Assembly: GCF_009914755.1 (NCBI RefSeq)
Contig: NC_060939.1
DNA: 64,000 nucleotides
Reading direction: 5' to 3' (one strand)
From: the human T2T-CHM13v2.0 reference genome, Homo sapiens
The number at the start of each line of letters is the position of its first letter. Position 1 is the stretch's first letter. Shown here piece by piece: positions 1 to 14,441 of this stretch. Both the position numbers and the translations under genes were made by a program. The notes beneath the pieces were generated by a model, which searched no databases, had not been told where the DNA came from, and saw only the letters and a program-made list of their open reading frames with translations.

Positions 1-264
<264 letters not shown>

Positions 265-1022
265 ACCTTTTGTTCCTTTTTATTGGCTAATTGCTCTGTC
301 TAGGACTTCCAGTACTATATCAAATGTAAGTGATAAGAACGGGCATCTTTGTCTTATTCCAGATCTTAGAGAAAAAGCTTTCAACTTTTTACCGTTGAAT
401 ATGATATAAGCTCTGGGTTGGTCATATATGCCCTTTTTTTATGTTGAGGTATATTTCTTCCATAATTAATTTGTTGAGAATTTTTAACACAAAAGGATGT
501 TGAAGTTTTTCAAGTGCTTTTTCTGCATCTCTTGAGATGATCATATGATTTTTCTTTCATTTTGTTAATGTGATATAAGATGATCATATGGCTTTTATCT
601 TTCAGTTCATGTGTTATGTCATATTTATTGATTTATATATGTTGAAACATCCTTGCATCCCAGGAATAAATCCCACTTGATCATGGTGAATGATTCTTTT
701 AATGTGTTATTGAATTCAATTTTTGAGTATTTTGTTTAAGATTGTTGGCATCTACATTCATCAGAGGAACTGGTCTATAATTTTCTTTGCTTGTAGTGTC
801 CTTATCTGGCTTTGCTATCAGTGTAATAATGCTGGCCTTGTAAAATGAGTTTGGAAATAATCTCTCCTCTTCAGTTTTGTGGAAGAGTTTGAGAAGAATT
901 GCTGTTAATTCTTTACATTTTTGGTGGAATCCTCCAGTGAAGCCATCAGGTCCTGGACTTTTCTTTGTTGAGAGGTTTTGGATTATTAATTCAATGTCCT
1001 TACTCATTATTGGTCTGTTCAG

Positions 1023-1328
<306 letters not shown>

Positions 1329-2103
1329 TCTATTTCTTGTTAATTGAGTCTTTGTAGGTTGTATGTTCCTAGGAATTTATACATTTCATCTAGGTCATCC
1401 AACTTATTGGTATATAATTATTCACAGTAGTCTCTTATGATCTTTTGTATTTTTGTGGTATCAATTGGAATGTCTCTTTTTTCATTTCTGTTACCTAGTT
1501 GAGTCTTCTTTCTGTTTTTTTTAAAATTTTTTTTAGTCTAGCTAAAGATTTGTCAGTTTCGCTTATCTTTTCAAGAAACCAGCTCTTACTTTTATTGCTG
1601 CTTTCTGTTGTTTTTAAAAATCTCTACTTTATTTTTGCTCTGATCTTTATTATTTCCTTCCTTCTGCTGACTTTGGGCTTAGTTTATTCATCTGTTGTTA
1701 GTTCCTGATGCATAAAGTTAGGTTGTTTATTTGAGATTTTTTTTCTTAATGTAGGTGTTTATTGCTATAATGTTTCCTCTTAGAATTGCTTTTGCTGTGT
1801 CCCATAAATTTTGGTATGTTGTTTCCATTTTCATTTGTCTTAAGATTTTTTCTGATTTTCTTTTCGATTTCTTCTTTGACCCATTGGTTCTTCAGGAATG
1901 TGTGTTTAATTTTCACATATTTGCAAATTTTCCAATTTTTTTCTTGTTACTAATTTCGATTTTCATCAGAAAAGGCACTTGACATGATTTTAATCGTCTT
2001 AAATTTTCTGAGACTTGTTTTGTGCCTTAACTTGATTTATCCTGAAGAATATTTCATATGAACTTGAAAAAAATGTATATTCTATTGCTTTTGGGTAGAA
2101 TGT

Positions 2104-2367
2104 CATATTCAGTGGTGAAAAGTTCAAAGCTTTCCTCTAAAGTCAGGAGTAAGTCAAGGATGCCCACTTTTGTCACTTCTATTCAACATAGTACTAAAAA
2201 TCATAGTCCAAGCAACTAGTCGAGAAAAAGAAATAAAGGCAGCCAAATAAAAAAAATTAAAATTATCTTCATTTGCATATAGCATGATCTTATACATAAA
2301 AAATTCTAAAGACTCCACCAAAAAACTTTTAGAACTAATAAATAAATTTAGTAAATTTGCAGGATAC
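2104..2367 (+). mobile_element. L1 ORF2 RT-domain fragment inserted in opposite orientation into host L1
   Basis: Sense caaggatgccca..ttcaacatagtact..tttgcatatagcatgatcttatac..gcaggatac; host L1 resumes in register at 2368. Confidence 0.85.
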
Positions 2368-4399
2368 ATATGTCTATTAGGTTCATTTGATATATAGTGT
2401 CATTCAGGTCAGCTGTTTCCTCATTTATTTTCTATCCGTATGATCTATCTATTGTTAAAAGTGGAGTGTTGAAGTCCCCTACTATTATTATCTTACTGTC
2501 TATTTCTCCTTTCAGTTCTGTTAATATTTGCTTTATATGTTTAGGTATGCCATTGTTGGGTATGTATATATTTACAATTGTTAAATTCTCCTGATGAATT
2601 GACCCCTTTATAATCACTTCTGTGTCTCTTGTGACAATTTTTGATTTAAAGTCTATCTGTATGACATAACTGCTCTTGTTCTCTTTTTGTTACCATTTGC
2701 AAAGAACCTTTTCTCAGCCCTTTACTTTCAGCCTTTGTGTGCCCTTTAAAGCTAAAGTGAGTTTCTTGTAGGTAGTGTATAGTTGGATCTTATTGTTTTT
2801 AAATTCATTCAGCCATTCTACGTCTTTTGATTGGGTAAAGTAACCCATTTATACTTAAAGTATACTGTTTCCATTTTGTTAATTGTTTTCTTACTATTTT
2901 GTAGTTTCTTTGTCCTGTTACTCCTCTCTTGCTGGTCTTCCTTTCTGATTTGATAATTTTTTTTTGTGATGGTATGCTTTGAGTTATTTCTCTTTATCTT
3001 TTGTGTTTCTACTACAGGCTTTTTCCTTTGTGCTTACCATAAAGCTTACATAAAACATCTTATAGTTACAACAATCTATTTTAAACTCATAACAACTTAA
3101 CTTCAACTACATATAAAAAATCTACATGTTAACTTTTCCTCCTTCCACATTTTATGTTACCGAGGTCACGATTTACATCTTTTTATATAGTGTATTCATT
3201 AACAAACTATTGTAGCTGTATTTTTTTTGTGACTGTCTTTTAACTTTTATACTAGTCTTAGAAGGGATTTATATATCACCATTACCATATCAGAGTATTA
3301 TGAATTTGAGTATATTCTTATCTTTACAGTGAGTATTATATTTTTATATGCTTTTGTGTTGTTAGCATCCTTTTGTTTCAACTTTAAGAACCCTTTTTAA
3401 CATTTCTCATAAAGCAGGTCTAGTGTTAACAAACTACATCAGCTTTTGTTTGTCTGAGAAAGTCCTTATCTCTCCTTTGTTTCTGAAGGCCAGCTTTACT
3501 GGGCATAGTATTATTTTTTTTCTTTCACTATTTTAATATACATTATTCCAATTTCTCCTGGATGCAAGGTTTCAGCTGCAAAATCCACTGATAATCTTAT
3601 GAGGGCTTTCCTTTTATGTGATGAGTCACTTTTCTCTTGCTGCTTTCAAAATTCTTTGTCTATTTTGAGAATTTGATTATATAATATGTCTTGGCAAAAA
3701 CTATTTTATGTTTAATTTATTTAGGGTTCTTTGGGCTTCACGGATCTGTATGTTTATTTCCCTCTTTAGATTTGAAAAGTTTTATATTCATTAGAGAAGT
3801 TCCTTTCTCTGCTCCTTCTGGAACTTCTATAATGAGTATATTGCTTTGCATAGTAGTGTACTATATTTCTATATTATTTCTTCAATTTTTAAGTTTTTTC
3901 CTTATTATTTCTCTGACCGAGTACTTTCGAGTGACTTATCATTGAGTTCATTGATTCTTCCTTCTTATTGGTTGAGTCTGAAGTTGAAGCTCTATGTGGA
4001 ATTTTTAAGTTCATCCATTGTGTTCTTCAGCTCCAGAATTTCTATTTTTTTTAATGGTTCCTATATTTTTGTTGAATTTTTAATTTTGTTTATGTATTGT
4101 TTTTCTGGCTTCATGTAGTTGTCTACCTGTATTATAGCTCACTGAACTTTTTTGAGATGATTATTTTGAATTATTTGTTAGGCAGTTCATACATCTTTAT
4201 TTTTTTAGGGTTGGTTACTGGTGCTTAATTTTGTTCCTTTGATAGCGTCATGTTTCTCTGATTAATTGTGGTCCTTATAGCCTCGTAATGATGTCTGTAC
4301 ATTTGAAAAAGAGCCAGCTTTTTCATTCTTGACAGATTGCTTTTGGCAGGGAAAGCCCTTCACCAGTCAGCACATCCAGAGATTCTGGGTGGTTCAGCT

Positions 4400-5098
4400 A
4401 GCAGGGTTCATGGGTGAACTTGCTGCTGAAGTCCTTGTACATGTTGGTCTGGTGCCTAGGTCCACAGGGTCTGATCTGTTACCTGAGTCTGTGGGGTTGT
4501 GTCTAGAGCTTGGGTCCATGGGTATAGGCCTGGGTTCTGGGTCCATGAGGTCTGGTACGGCACTGGGGACTCTTGAGGTGGGCCTGATGACTGGATCCAT
4601 GGGGACAGGCCTGGAACCTGAGTCTGTGTGGGTGGCCCTGGGAGCTGGGGCCATGAGGGCCAGCCTGGCATTGGGGTTGGCCTGGGGCCTGGCTGGGGCT
4701 ATAGGGACCAGCCAGGTGTTGAAGTGAGTTTGGATCCTGGGCTGCAGTGGGTGGCCTGGTGCTGAGATGGGCCTGGAGCCTGGAGCCGTGGATACTGACT
4801 TCATGTTGGGGTTCACTGTGGTGGGCCTGGTGCTGAGTCCATGAAAACAGGCCCAGAGCCTGAGTCTATAGTGACCAGCGTGGAGCCTAGGGCAGCCATA
4901 AATGGCCTGGTTCTGGGGAAGGCCTGGAGCCTATGTTCATAAGAGCTATGGAGGTTGGAGCCATTGGGTCTTAGAGCCGTAAGGGGACAGCCTGGAGCTT
5001 GGGTTTACAGGGACTGTCCTGTAGCCTGTGGCTATAGGAACCTGCCTGGTGTTGAGTTCACTGAATCGTGCCTGGCATTGGAGTCCATGAAGTCAGGT
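4400..5098. repeat. Degenerate 27-bp tandem array in L1M 5' UTR
   Basis: gggtccatg-type units at 4458, 4485, 4512, 4539, 4593, 4620, 4647 (multiples of 27). Confidence 0.85.
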
Positions 5099-6164
5099 GT
5101 TAACTTTACTCTCCTTCCCCCACATATATAGTATCTCTTTCCATGTTGCACTGCCCAGGTTTTGGGGCAGGGTAATGCAGATAATATGAAACTGTCTTTT
5201 CTACTCTCTTTAATGCACCTTTTCTTATTTCTCTGCTCCACAAAGGTGCTATAACCTCTCAGCTGGATTCCTTGTCTCTTATGAAGATATTTTCATGCAC
5301 AGATGGCTGTTCAAATTGATGTTTCTGTGAAGGGATAAGTGCTGAAAACTTCTGTTTTGCCATTTTGCTCATGTCATTCTCCTCCGTTAACTTAAAAATA
5401 TTTTTTGCTGCACTTTCTTGAATAACATATTGTTGAAAATTATCAGACCCTTGGCTTGGTTGTTGAAGTTCCTCCTTTAGAGCAAGTTCCTCTTATAGTT
5501 CTCTGTAGACACACTATAGTTGTAAAATGTTTGTAGAGATAATATTTTGTGTGTAGAATTAAGGACAAATTACACACAAATGTTTAGTGGGCAGTATTAG
5601 TAAGAAGATCTATTGCATTAGAAAAGGGAGAAGTATCAAGTTTATTTAGGAGAAATAAAATGAGTTGAGAAAATTTAAGGGAAAATGTGTAGTTCAATGA
5701 GACCTTGTGGAGAAAAACATGGAAGAAAGACATGGAAGAATATTTACATTCTTGGAACAACAGGAGTGAGGAAAGACAAGAGCACAGTTGGAGTTGTACC
5801 AGGTCAAGCAGAAGTTCCGTCGGAGCCTGAACTGAAAATGCACCGTTCCTAGTTACCTCGATAACAGCCCCACTTTCTGTTAATAATACTCTAATGAGAA
5901 AAATCTTGCAAAAATAGTCAGAAAAGGCAGAGTCACATATGGTTCAATGTGCTCCACCTTAGTAGAAAGTCTCAGGAGGAGTTTGGGAAGGATGGTGCTG
6001 CAGGCAATGGATGAGATAATGATGATAAAATTTTCAGCTCTGTATAAAAGGGCAAGCGAAATACATGCTTGTGAATTTCTGGGTGCTTTGCCATGTTGTA
6101 TTTCCTGATAAATTTTATCCCAGTTAATATGAAGAATAAACTCTGATTATTATGGTTATCACTT

Positions 6165-6390
6165 GCTGGGTGTCTATTATTTTTCAGAAACTGTATCAGG
6201 AACTTTATATAAATCATTTAATTACACATTTCCAAACTGCACATGAATTAGTTATTATTATGATCATTTTATAGATGAAGAAAATGAGACTCAGAGCAAT
6301 TAATAAGTTGCCCAAGGTCAGATAGCAAGTAAGTACCAGAAATAAAGTCCAGATTAATCTAATTCCCATACCCTTGCTCTTTCAATTATG
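6165..6390 (-). mobile_element. MIR
   Basis: cattttatagatgaagaaaatgagactcagag..agttgcccaaggtca core. Confidence 0.85.
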
Positions 6391-6909
6391 TTTCAGGGTT
6401 GATCACAAAAAGAACCACTCTGTATGCTTAGGATGATTTACTACCTACTAAATTTAACCATGGGGCAATCTAATAAACTGGGTAGAATATATGGTTAAGA
6501 TAAAATTTGAGAAGAAAAGATTAAATTAAAATAGTTGGTACATAACCAATGATCAGAATATTCTGTCAGTATTCTAGAAACTTATGTAAGAATAAACTGG
6601 ATGCTGACAAAATTTTATTATATTAAAAAATTCACATTCTTCATACACAAATCTTGTAAATAACCACTATTAAAGAAAGGATATTTACCTAGAAAAATCT
6701 GGGGTGGTCAACCAGTATATAACCATTCCTGGGGTGAATGTCCTTTTCATCTTAGGCCTCTGGCCAATTTATCCAAGGGGTAGATATCTGACTTCAAAAT
6801 ATTCTGTTTTATAGGCAATTACAACTTGCAAGGGAATACACAGAGGTCACAGGGTAGTAGAGTTGAGTTATATTAACAGCAATTCTTTGGAGAGAAAAAA
6901 ACCACCTTA

Positions 6910-7800
6910 CACTACCATGCTCAATGGCAAAGATTAACAGAAGGTACAGCAACATTATATAAGTTGAAACACTAAGGGCCTAGACCAGTTAGGGATACAT
7001 TATTGGGTAACTTCACTGGGCAAATAATTCTGAGTAACTGAGTTGCTGGCTAATGGTAAGAATAACATGGAAGTCATAAATACTAGCTAGAGCCTTGCTG
7101 TAGTCTGAATGTTTGTGTGCCTCCAAATTCATATGCTGAAACCGAATCACCAATATGATGGTCTTAGCAGGTGGGGCCTTTGGGGGGTGCTTAGGTCATG
7201 CAGTCAGGGCCCTCAAGAGCGGGATTAATGCTCTCACAAAAAAAAAGACCCCAGAGAGTTAACTTGTTCCTTCCACCACATGAGGACAGTGAGAAGGTAC
7301 TATCTATGAACCAGAAAGCAGATCCTGTCCAGACACCGAATCTGATGGCACCATGAGCTTGTACTTCCCAGTCTCCAGAACCATGAGAAATAAATTTCTA
7401 CTGTTTATAAGCTATCGAGTTTATGGCATTTTGTTGTAGCAACCTGAATGGACTACAATAAACCTCATGACCAGTTTCAGCAGCAAATAAAAAAATCTGC
7501 ACTTGCATTTCTTTGCATACTAAACCTATACTAGGTCAATATTTATATTAGTATTGATTCCCTAACCTTTCTCCCCTTCACAGGCTGTGTAGTTGCAGAA
7601 TGCCCAGATGAAATTATTACACATATATAATACAAATGGATATCACCCAGGGAGCCTGATTTCAAAAAAAAATGTGGTATCATGACATCGTACCTTGTTT
7701 AATAGCTGGGCATGAATTTAGGTCATTTCCCATTTTAGAAGAAGACAAGAGTGTTAGTTATTATGTATGGATTAATTACTTTTAGTTGAATTGAGGCATT
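6910..7800 (+). mobile_element. ERVL-class internal 3' remnant, split by MLT1A0
   Basis: ctaagggcctagacc..ttgggtaac..gagttgctggctaatggtaag..tcataaatactagcta|..catgaccagtt resembles the 3' end of ERVL pol. Confidence 0.5.
7096..7460 (+). mobile_element. MaLR solo LTR (MLT1A0-like)
   Basis: tgctgtagtctgaatgtttgtg...agaaataaattt...ggactacaata; 5-bp TSD agcct/aacct. Confidence 0.9.
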
Positions 7801-7844
7801 TGTGGATAGATGGAGAAAAATATATATATTGAGTATAGAGAAGT

Positions 7845-7908
7845 GAGAGAGAAAGAAGAGAGAGAGAGAGTGTGTGTGTGGGTCTGTGTGTACGTTCGTG
7901 TGTGTGTA
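7845..7908. repeat. (GA)n/(GT)n compound microsatellite
   Basis: Seen directly. Confidence 0.85.
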
Positions 7909-7933
7909 CACAACCACCACAATCAACAGGTGG

Positions 7934-8300
7934 AATGTAGGAGACACAAACTGCGATGGTTGCTCAGCTCCATGTAGTTACCCCAAGGATAAGCCTATGT
8001 ATTCTACTCTGTCCCCTGGACATAGCTATATGCTCTCAAAATACAGATATCTGACCCAAGTTTGTTCAGTTAGATTAATTCTTCTAATAATTGGAAAACC
8101 TGAATTGAGATACATAGAAACAGAGAGTGTCAGAGTTGCACGACGCTAGGCAATGCTATAGAAAGCATGTTTCCATTCCCCAGCTTCTGGAGGTCTTGGA
8201 ACTTCTGTGTTTCAGTTCTTCCCATAGCTTAATTGTTCAGTCCTTCCTTTATTCCATGCATTCTCCAAAATCTTTGTAATACGTCCTTTGCTTCAGGTTT
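7934..8300 (+). mobile_element. Ancient ERVL-type LTR (LTR16-like)
   Basis: Follows PPT-like caggtggaa; tatctgacccaag motif; very degenerate. Confidence 0.4.
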
Positions 8301-8559
8301 CTAAGAATGGGAAAAATAAGGCAGATAATCTAATTTTAAAATTAAGCAGAACAGAGATGGCTAATAAAAATGTATATATTTGTTTAGGGGCTGTGTTCAC
8401 ATATCACAGAAATAAGAGGGACGTATACTCTGGTTATATTTCAGATGCAACTAATCTGATATCAGCCTTCTGAAACTGATTCTTTCTTTATCTTCCACAT
8501 CGCTCATGAACTTCCTTCTCTGAAAACCAGTTATTTAACTTGATTCTTCTTTATATAAT

Positions 8560-8990
8560 TAAATATTGATTTTGGCTATAACTAAAATAAAAATATAATA
8601 GAAAGTGTTACACAAATAGGGAATTCATTTTTTTTTTTTTAATGAGACAAGAGATACAGAGGTAGCTCTCAGGAGGCAGCTCACTGATACCATTGAAACC
8701 CAAGCATTTTCTTTCTTTCTGCTTCAGTGTCCCAAGCATGTGGGCTTTCTTTCTCATGGTTGTAAAATGGCTGTTGGAACTCTAGGCATCAAGCCAGCAT
8801 GACAGACAGAAGGATAAAACAGAAGAGGTGGCACCAACAGCTTTCTGTGGATGTCACAATGACTATAACTGTTGTATGGTCACCTCTGGCTATAAGGAAG
8901 GCTGGAAAATCAATTTTTTTTAAAGTAGGAAAAACAAGAAGCAATAGGGTTGACATACGTGCTGAGTGAATCAACTAACACTATCTTCCA
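8560..8990 (-). mobile_element. Ancient ERVL/MaLR LTR (LTR33/MLT1-like)
   Basis: ctcatggttgtaaaatggctg..ggtcacctctggctataaggaaggctggaaa. Confidence 0.55.
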
Positions 8991-9217
8991 TAGCTTCTAG
9001 AATAATCAATCTTAATGAATTTTCTTAGGTATGATGATATTTAGAAATAAAAGTGAAAAAAAGCTCCTTAGTACAGTTTGCTGGTTTCCTGGACAGAAGT
9101 ACAACTTTATGCTGAAGTCTACGTTCACTCATACCTGTTGCTAATAGACTTATGTTCCTAAATCTGTATCACTTATCCACTCAGCATGTGTGTGCATGTG
9201 CCTGTGTGTGTATTCCA

Positions 9218-9525
9218 TTTTTTTATTTTTATTTTTTAAATTGAGACAGAGTCTCACTCTGTCACCCAGGCTGGAGTGCAGTGCTGCAATCTCGGCTCAC
9301 CGCAACCTCTGACTCCTGGGATCAAGCGATTCTCCCACCTCAACCTCCTGAGTAGCTGGGACTACAGGTGTGCGCCACCACGCCTGGCTAATTTTTCTAT
9401 TTTTATTAGAGATGGGGTTTCCCCATGTTGGCCAGGCTGGTCTCAAACGACTGCCCTCAGGTGATCCGCCTGCCTTGGCCTCCCAAAGTGCTGGGACTAC
9501 AGGCACAAGCCATCGTGGCCTGGCC
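9218..9525 (-). mobile_element. AluS
   Basis: Full dimer; flanked by tgtattccattttt / tgtaattccattttt TSD. Confidence 0.93.
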
Positions 9526-9804
9526 CTGTAATTCCATTTTTTAATGAGCAAAATATGTACATCAAAAAGAATCAAGATACACAAAAGTTTTTCTCTCATC
9601 CTTGTTCTCTACTCATTCATTAACCTGTCTCAATGCCATCAGTGTTTTCAACTTATTGGGTATTCTTCCAGAGAGAGCTTATATATTCATAGGAATTGTG
9701 CAGTCCTCTCTTAAAACCACTGGTTCCATATTTGCACATTTCACAAGCAAGTGACTATGCCAATGTCTTTACCAAGGGAAGAAAAAGTGTTGGATCTTCA
9801 TTCA

Positions 9805-10360
9805 ACTATTATGTGCCAGCTGCCTCTATACATCCTATCCCATTTAACCTTCATAATGCCTTGCTGAAGTTGATACCTGCATGTTCAGCATGGTAATCTG
9901 AGGTTCAGAATATGTCTCAGTCCATTTATATTGCTGTAAAAAAATATCTTAGACCGAGTAACTTATAAAGAGTAGAAACCTATTTTTCACAGTTCAGGAG
10001 GCTAGAAGTCCAAGATCAAGGCACTAGCAGATTTGGTGTCTGGTGAAGGCTGGCTCTCTGCTTCACAGATTTTACCTCTTGCTGTGTCCTCACATGGTGT
10101 AAGGATGGAAGGCGCAAACTCACTCCCTCAAGCCCTTTTATAAGGACACTAATCCCATGTATGAGGGTGGAACCCTTACAGTGCAATCACTTTCCAAAGG
10201 CCCTATATCTTAATACCACCACCTTGAGGTTTAAGTTCTACCGTGAGTTTTGGAGGGACACAAACATTCAAACCATAGCAGGGTAGTTAGATGACACATA
10301 TTAGGCCAAAGAGCTAATCAAGATTTGAAAGTGGAATTTAAATCTGTGTGCTTTGGTTTG
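9805..10360 (-). mobile_element. MIR split by MST LTR
   Basis: caactattatgtgccag..cccatttaaccttcataa..ctgaggttcaga, resuming after 10280. Confidence 0.55.
9913..10280 (-). mobile_element. MaLR solo LTR (MSTC/MSTD-like)
   Basis: tgtctcagtccattt..aagtccaagatcaaggcactagcagatttggtgtctgg..aaacattcaaaccatagca. Confidence 0.88.
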
Positions 10361-10477
10361 CCTGCCTCTGAAATATCTTTTTTTTTTTTTTAAAGAAAAT
10401 GATGTTTATTTGGAAATAGAGCATTGCAATGGAAATACACACGCCATAGTAAACTATGTGTGTATTCGGAGAGATAA

Positions 10478-10781
<304 letters not shown>

Positions 10782-11289
10782 AAGAAGACACAGGTTTTTT
10801 AAAGGAAAAAATGAGGACGATTACGTAGTTGTTTTAAAAGAAATAGCCTTGGCTACATAGATCAGTGGCAAGGGTTATGGCAATCTGAAGTTGGACAGGC
10901 GGTTGCTGGGCAGATAAAGCATCTATTTGTTGAGATCCTCTATTCGTGTGTATCTGAGCCCTTGAAGCATCAGGTTTCTGCTGGACGATTGGCTCTCTCT
11001 GCCACAGTGGACTACACAGGTCTTCCTCCTCTGCTACTCTGTCTTCTAGCTGATTCTTTAACAAAGTATGCTCAAGGTTGTGAAAGCTTGGCCTCTTTCC
11101 TTGTGGCACTTAGAGCCATGATTTGAAGTGAGTTGATGGTCAATAAATGTCCATTAATTAAATTACTTGGCACTCCCTCTGACCTCAGCCTAGAGCCCTT
11201 GCTATTGCTTCCTCTGCTCCTAAAACTCCTGCAGCTTTGCTCAATTGTTTTTCTTTTAGGATTTCTCCTTTTACCATACTTATCTCTCT

Positions 11290-11735
<446 letters not shown>

Positions 11736-11994
11736 TAGATATGCCTACAGGTGAAGTCGAGTCAGCTGCCTGAGGTCACATTTGAAATGGTTTTATAAGT
11801 ACTTACAAAATACACAGAATTTCTCCTATGCTCCTGAAAAGCCTAGAAAACTTACTATATGTTCATTAAGAAAAAATTTGCTGACCTCTGCTGTAGAATC
11901 TATGCCTTACTGTACTTGAATTTGGGATGGATATTTAATCTTGCTTTTACCCATGTACCATGGGCACGGAGTTGAGTGCTGATTCTGCCATGCT

Positions 11995-12595
11995 TCTTCT
12001 TCTGTGCACTTACCGTGTTTTGTACATTCACATTCATGACTTCACACTATGATTTACATTTTGTTTGTATGTTTGCAGGTATGGTTCTCTACTAGGCAGA
12101 AAGCTTCTTGAAGACAGATGAGGCCAGGCTCCCTAGAAGCAGAGCCTGGAATGAGGATTCTTGTTGAGTGAGTCATTGAAGGAGTGCTCTCAGGGAGAAC
12201 CTGGAAGGAAAGGAGGAAAGCGGGACAGGCTAGAGGAAGAAGCTAAGCAAAGATGTTGTGGCTGCACTGGAGTCTAACTTCACTGTGATTTCTTGGGGTG
12301 CTCTGAAATGTAAATAACACTGTAGACTTGCCCCACCTTAAGGCAAGGGGCTGAGCTTTTTGTGCCACATATGTCATTGGCCTGGGCTGGCTGTGGAGGA
12401 AGGCATGACCTCACAGGCTTTTCTGGATGAGGCTGCTTCCCTTCGCTGAAGCCACCTGTGAGCCTTTGGCAGCCACTGTTCAAGCAGCTGGGGTGGGGAA
12501 GAGTCAGTTCCGTTGTGGCTTTTTATTTTAATCTCTGTATCCTTGGTTTCTGGCACTCAGTAAGCATGCAGTAAATCTTTGCTACGTGAGTGAGT
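11995..12595 (+). mobile_element. L2 3' end split by an LTR
   Basis: aagcttcttgaagacaga|..tctctgtatcc..tggcactcagtaagcatgcagtaaat..gtgagtgagt. Confidence 0.55.
12119..12505 (-). mobile_element. ERVL LTR (LTR16-like)
   Basis: ggctccctagaagcagagcctggaatgaggattcttg..gaaggagtgctctcaggg. Confidence 0.7.
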
Positions 12596-13489
12596 CTCTT
12601 CCTAATATAATACTTAGTCACCTGTTAATTAAAATAGACAGTACCCATTATCTTTGTTTATGTTCATGCAATTAATAAAGCAAATATTCTTCTGACTAGT
12701 TAGTTTAACAAGACTAAATGAGATCATCCAGATGAAGGTACCTAGCAAACTACCTGACATATAATAGGCAACAATAAATGTTAATTTCCCCTTAAGCTTA
12801 AATAGGCTATATATATTTTGTTAGGAAGAGTGTTTCCTGTTTATGGCTTGTAACACATTTTAATGAATCAAGAGAGATTTCTGCTATTACCTGTATAATC
12901 TCTACTTGAGGTAGAGATCTCTGCTTGAGGTAGAGACCTCAGCTGTGAAGAGGTATAATGATGGTATAATCTGAGCTGTTGTACAAACAGTGATATTAGA
13001 AAGTGAAGGAAGTATCAGAGAAAATATGATTAGCTGTTAAAATCATCTACACAAAAATAATGATTGCTGCCAGGTATTTAGTGCTTATTACAGGATAGGC
13101 ACTGTCCTAGGAGCTTTATGTACTTTATTACCAGGCCCCCAAACTACCCTATAAAGTGGATGCTATAAGAGGTTGGTACACAATAGGTAGACAAAGTATG
13201 TAATTAAGATAATAGCAAAACAAGGGCACCAATATGTATATTTTTTTGATATTTAAAAAGTAGCATTAAAATAGTAGTTCTGTTAAAAATCAGAATTTTA
13301 TGGATTTTTTACATTTATTATTATTTTTTAAAACTTGAATTACATAGGGGATTACTACCACCTTTCTAGTGCAGAGGATTTCTGTAAGTCTTAATTTCAT
13401 TTCCTCTTATCCCTGTGTATTAATTAACCCAGTTTCAGAACTGAGGAAACTGCAACTCAGAAAGGTCAGATAGCCACTGGCTCCATGAA

Positions 13490-13897
13490 GAGTCAGGAAG
13501 CTGGTGACAAAGAAATCGGAGGGCTGGAGGGTAAAAGCAGGCGAAGGTGATACTCAGAGGAGAAGGACACTGGAGAAGTCAGTCCTGAACCCACCAATGA
13601 GGTACCGCTGCAGCTATGTCTGGAATTGGCTCAGGCTGCCAATTCCAGAAATCCGGAATGAGCCAGATGAAACCGCTTTAGCAATCTCCAGCAACTACCC
13701 TTCTGTCAGAGTCAGAAGCAGAAATCTCTTTTTCCAGTCTTCTTATCTCTTGCCAGTGCCTCCTGTTGATAGAATCGACCGGGAAGTAAGCAGGCGGGAG
13801 AGTCTCAGAAATGGAGTTTGCACATACCCAGCCTCGTAGAGGAGAATAGAGAAGCTGGGTATGGGTTAGAGAGATGATATGTAAATAACCAGAACAC
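13490..13897 (-). mobile_element. Ancient ERVL LTR (LTR40/41/78-like)
   Basis: tcttgccagtgcctcctgttgatagaatcgaccgggaag..agaaatggagtttgc. Confidence 0.55.
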
Positions 13898-13986
13898 CTA
13901 TACAGCTGGAATGTGGTTTGGCCAGGCTATTTCTTTGTAGAACTAATATATTTTATGACAAAACTGTACTATTGAGCTAATCTATG

Positions 13987-14043
13987 TACTTTACTTGAAA
14001 ATTCATGTTTGAGTTAATTTACTTTACTTGAAAATTCATGTTT
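13987..14043. repeat. Tandem duplication, 33-bp period
   Basis: tactttacttgaaaattcatgttt identical at 13987-14010 and 14020-14043. Confidence 0.9.
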
Positions 14044-14441
14044 CTTAGGATTGAAAACTGGTTCATTTGTCCTCTGATTTTGGCTTTTTATTCAGCTTTG
14101 AATATGATCTTTCAAAACAGAGAAGAAATTTTCTCATATAGGTGACTTTATTAATATTGGCATTGGTGCTCATGGGTTGAAATCTCAGCATTTTGGAACC
14201 CTGCTGGGATGTTCTGCTGCTACTCATTATGACATTTTCTCATCCCCCAGAGATAGCCTGTTTGAAACTGAAATAGCAATTTGTATTCCTACTTGCAATA
14301 TCCCAGTTATTTGGTAGCAATTCTTAAAGTGTGTCTAGAGCCAACTGGCACTGAATTTTTCCATTACTGATACCCTTTTACTCATGATAATTTATGGAAC
14401 ACCACTAAATTAGGTAGTGGGAATACTAGAATAGATAAGAT

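Noticed and set aside
535-590. agatgatcatatg repeated at 43-bp period; similar micro-duplications near 21654 and 50404
   Set aside because: Ordinary slippage duplications
4329-4816. 132-140 aa repetitive ORFs as novel genes
   Set aside because: Explained by a GC-rich 27-bp array in an L1 5' UTR
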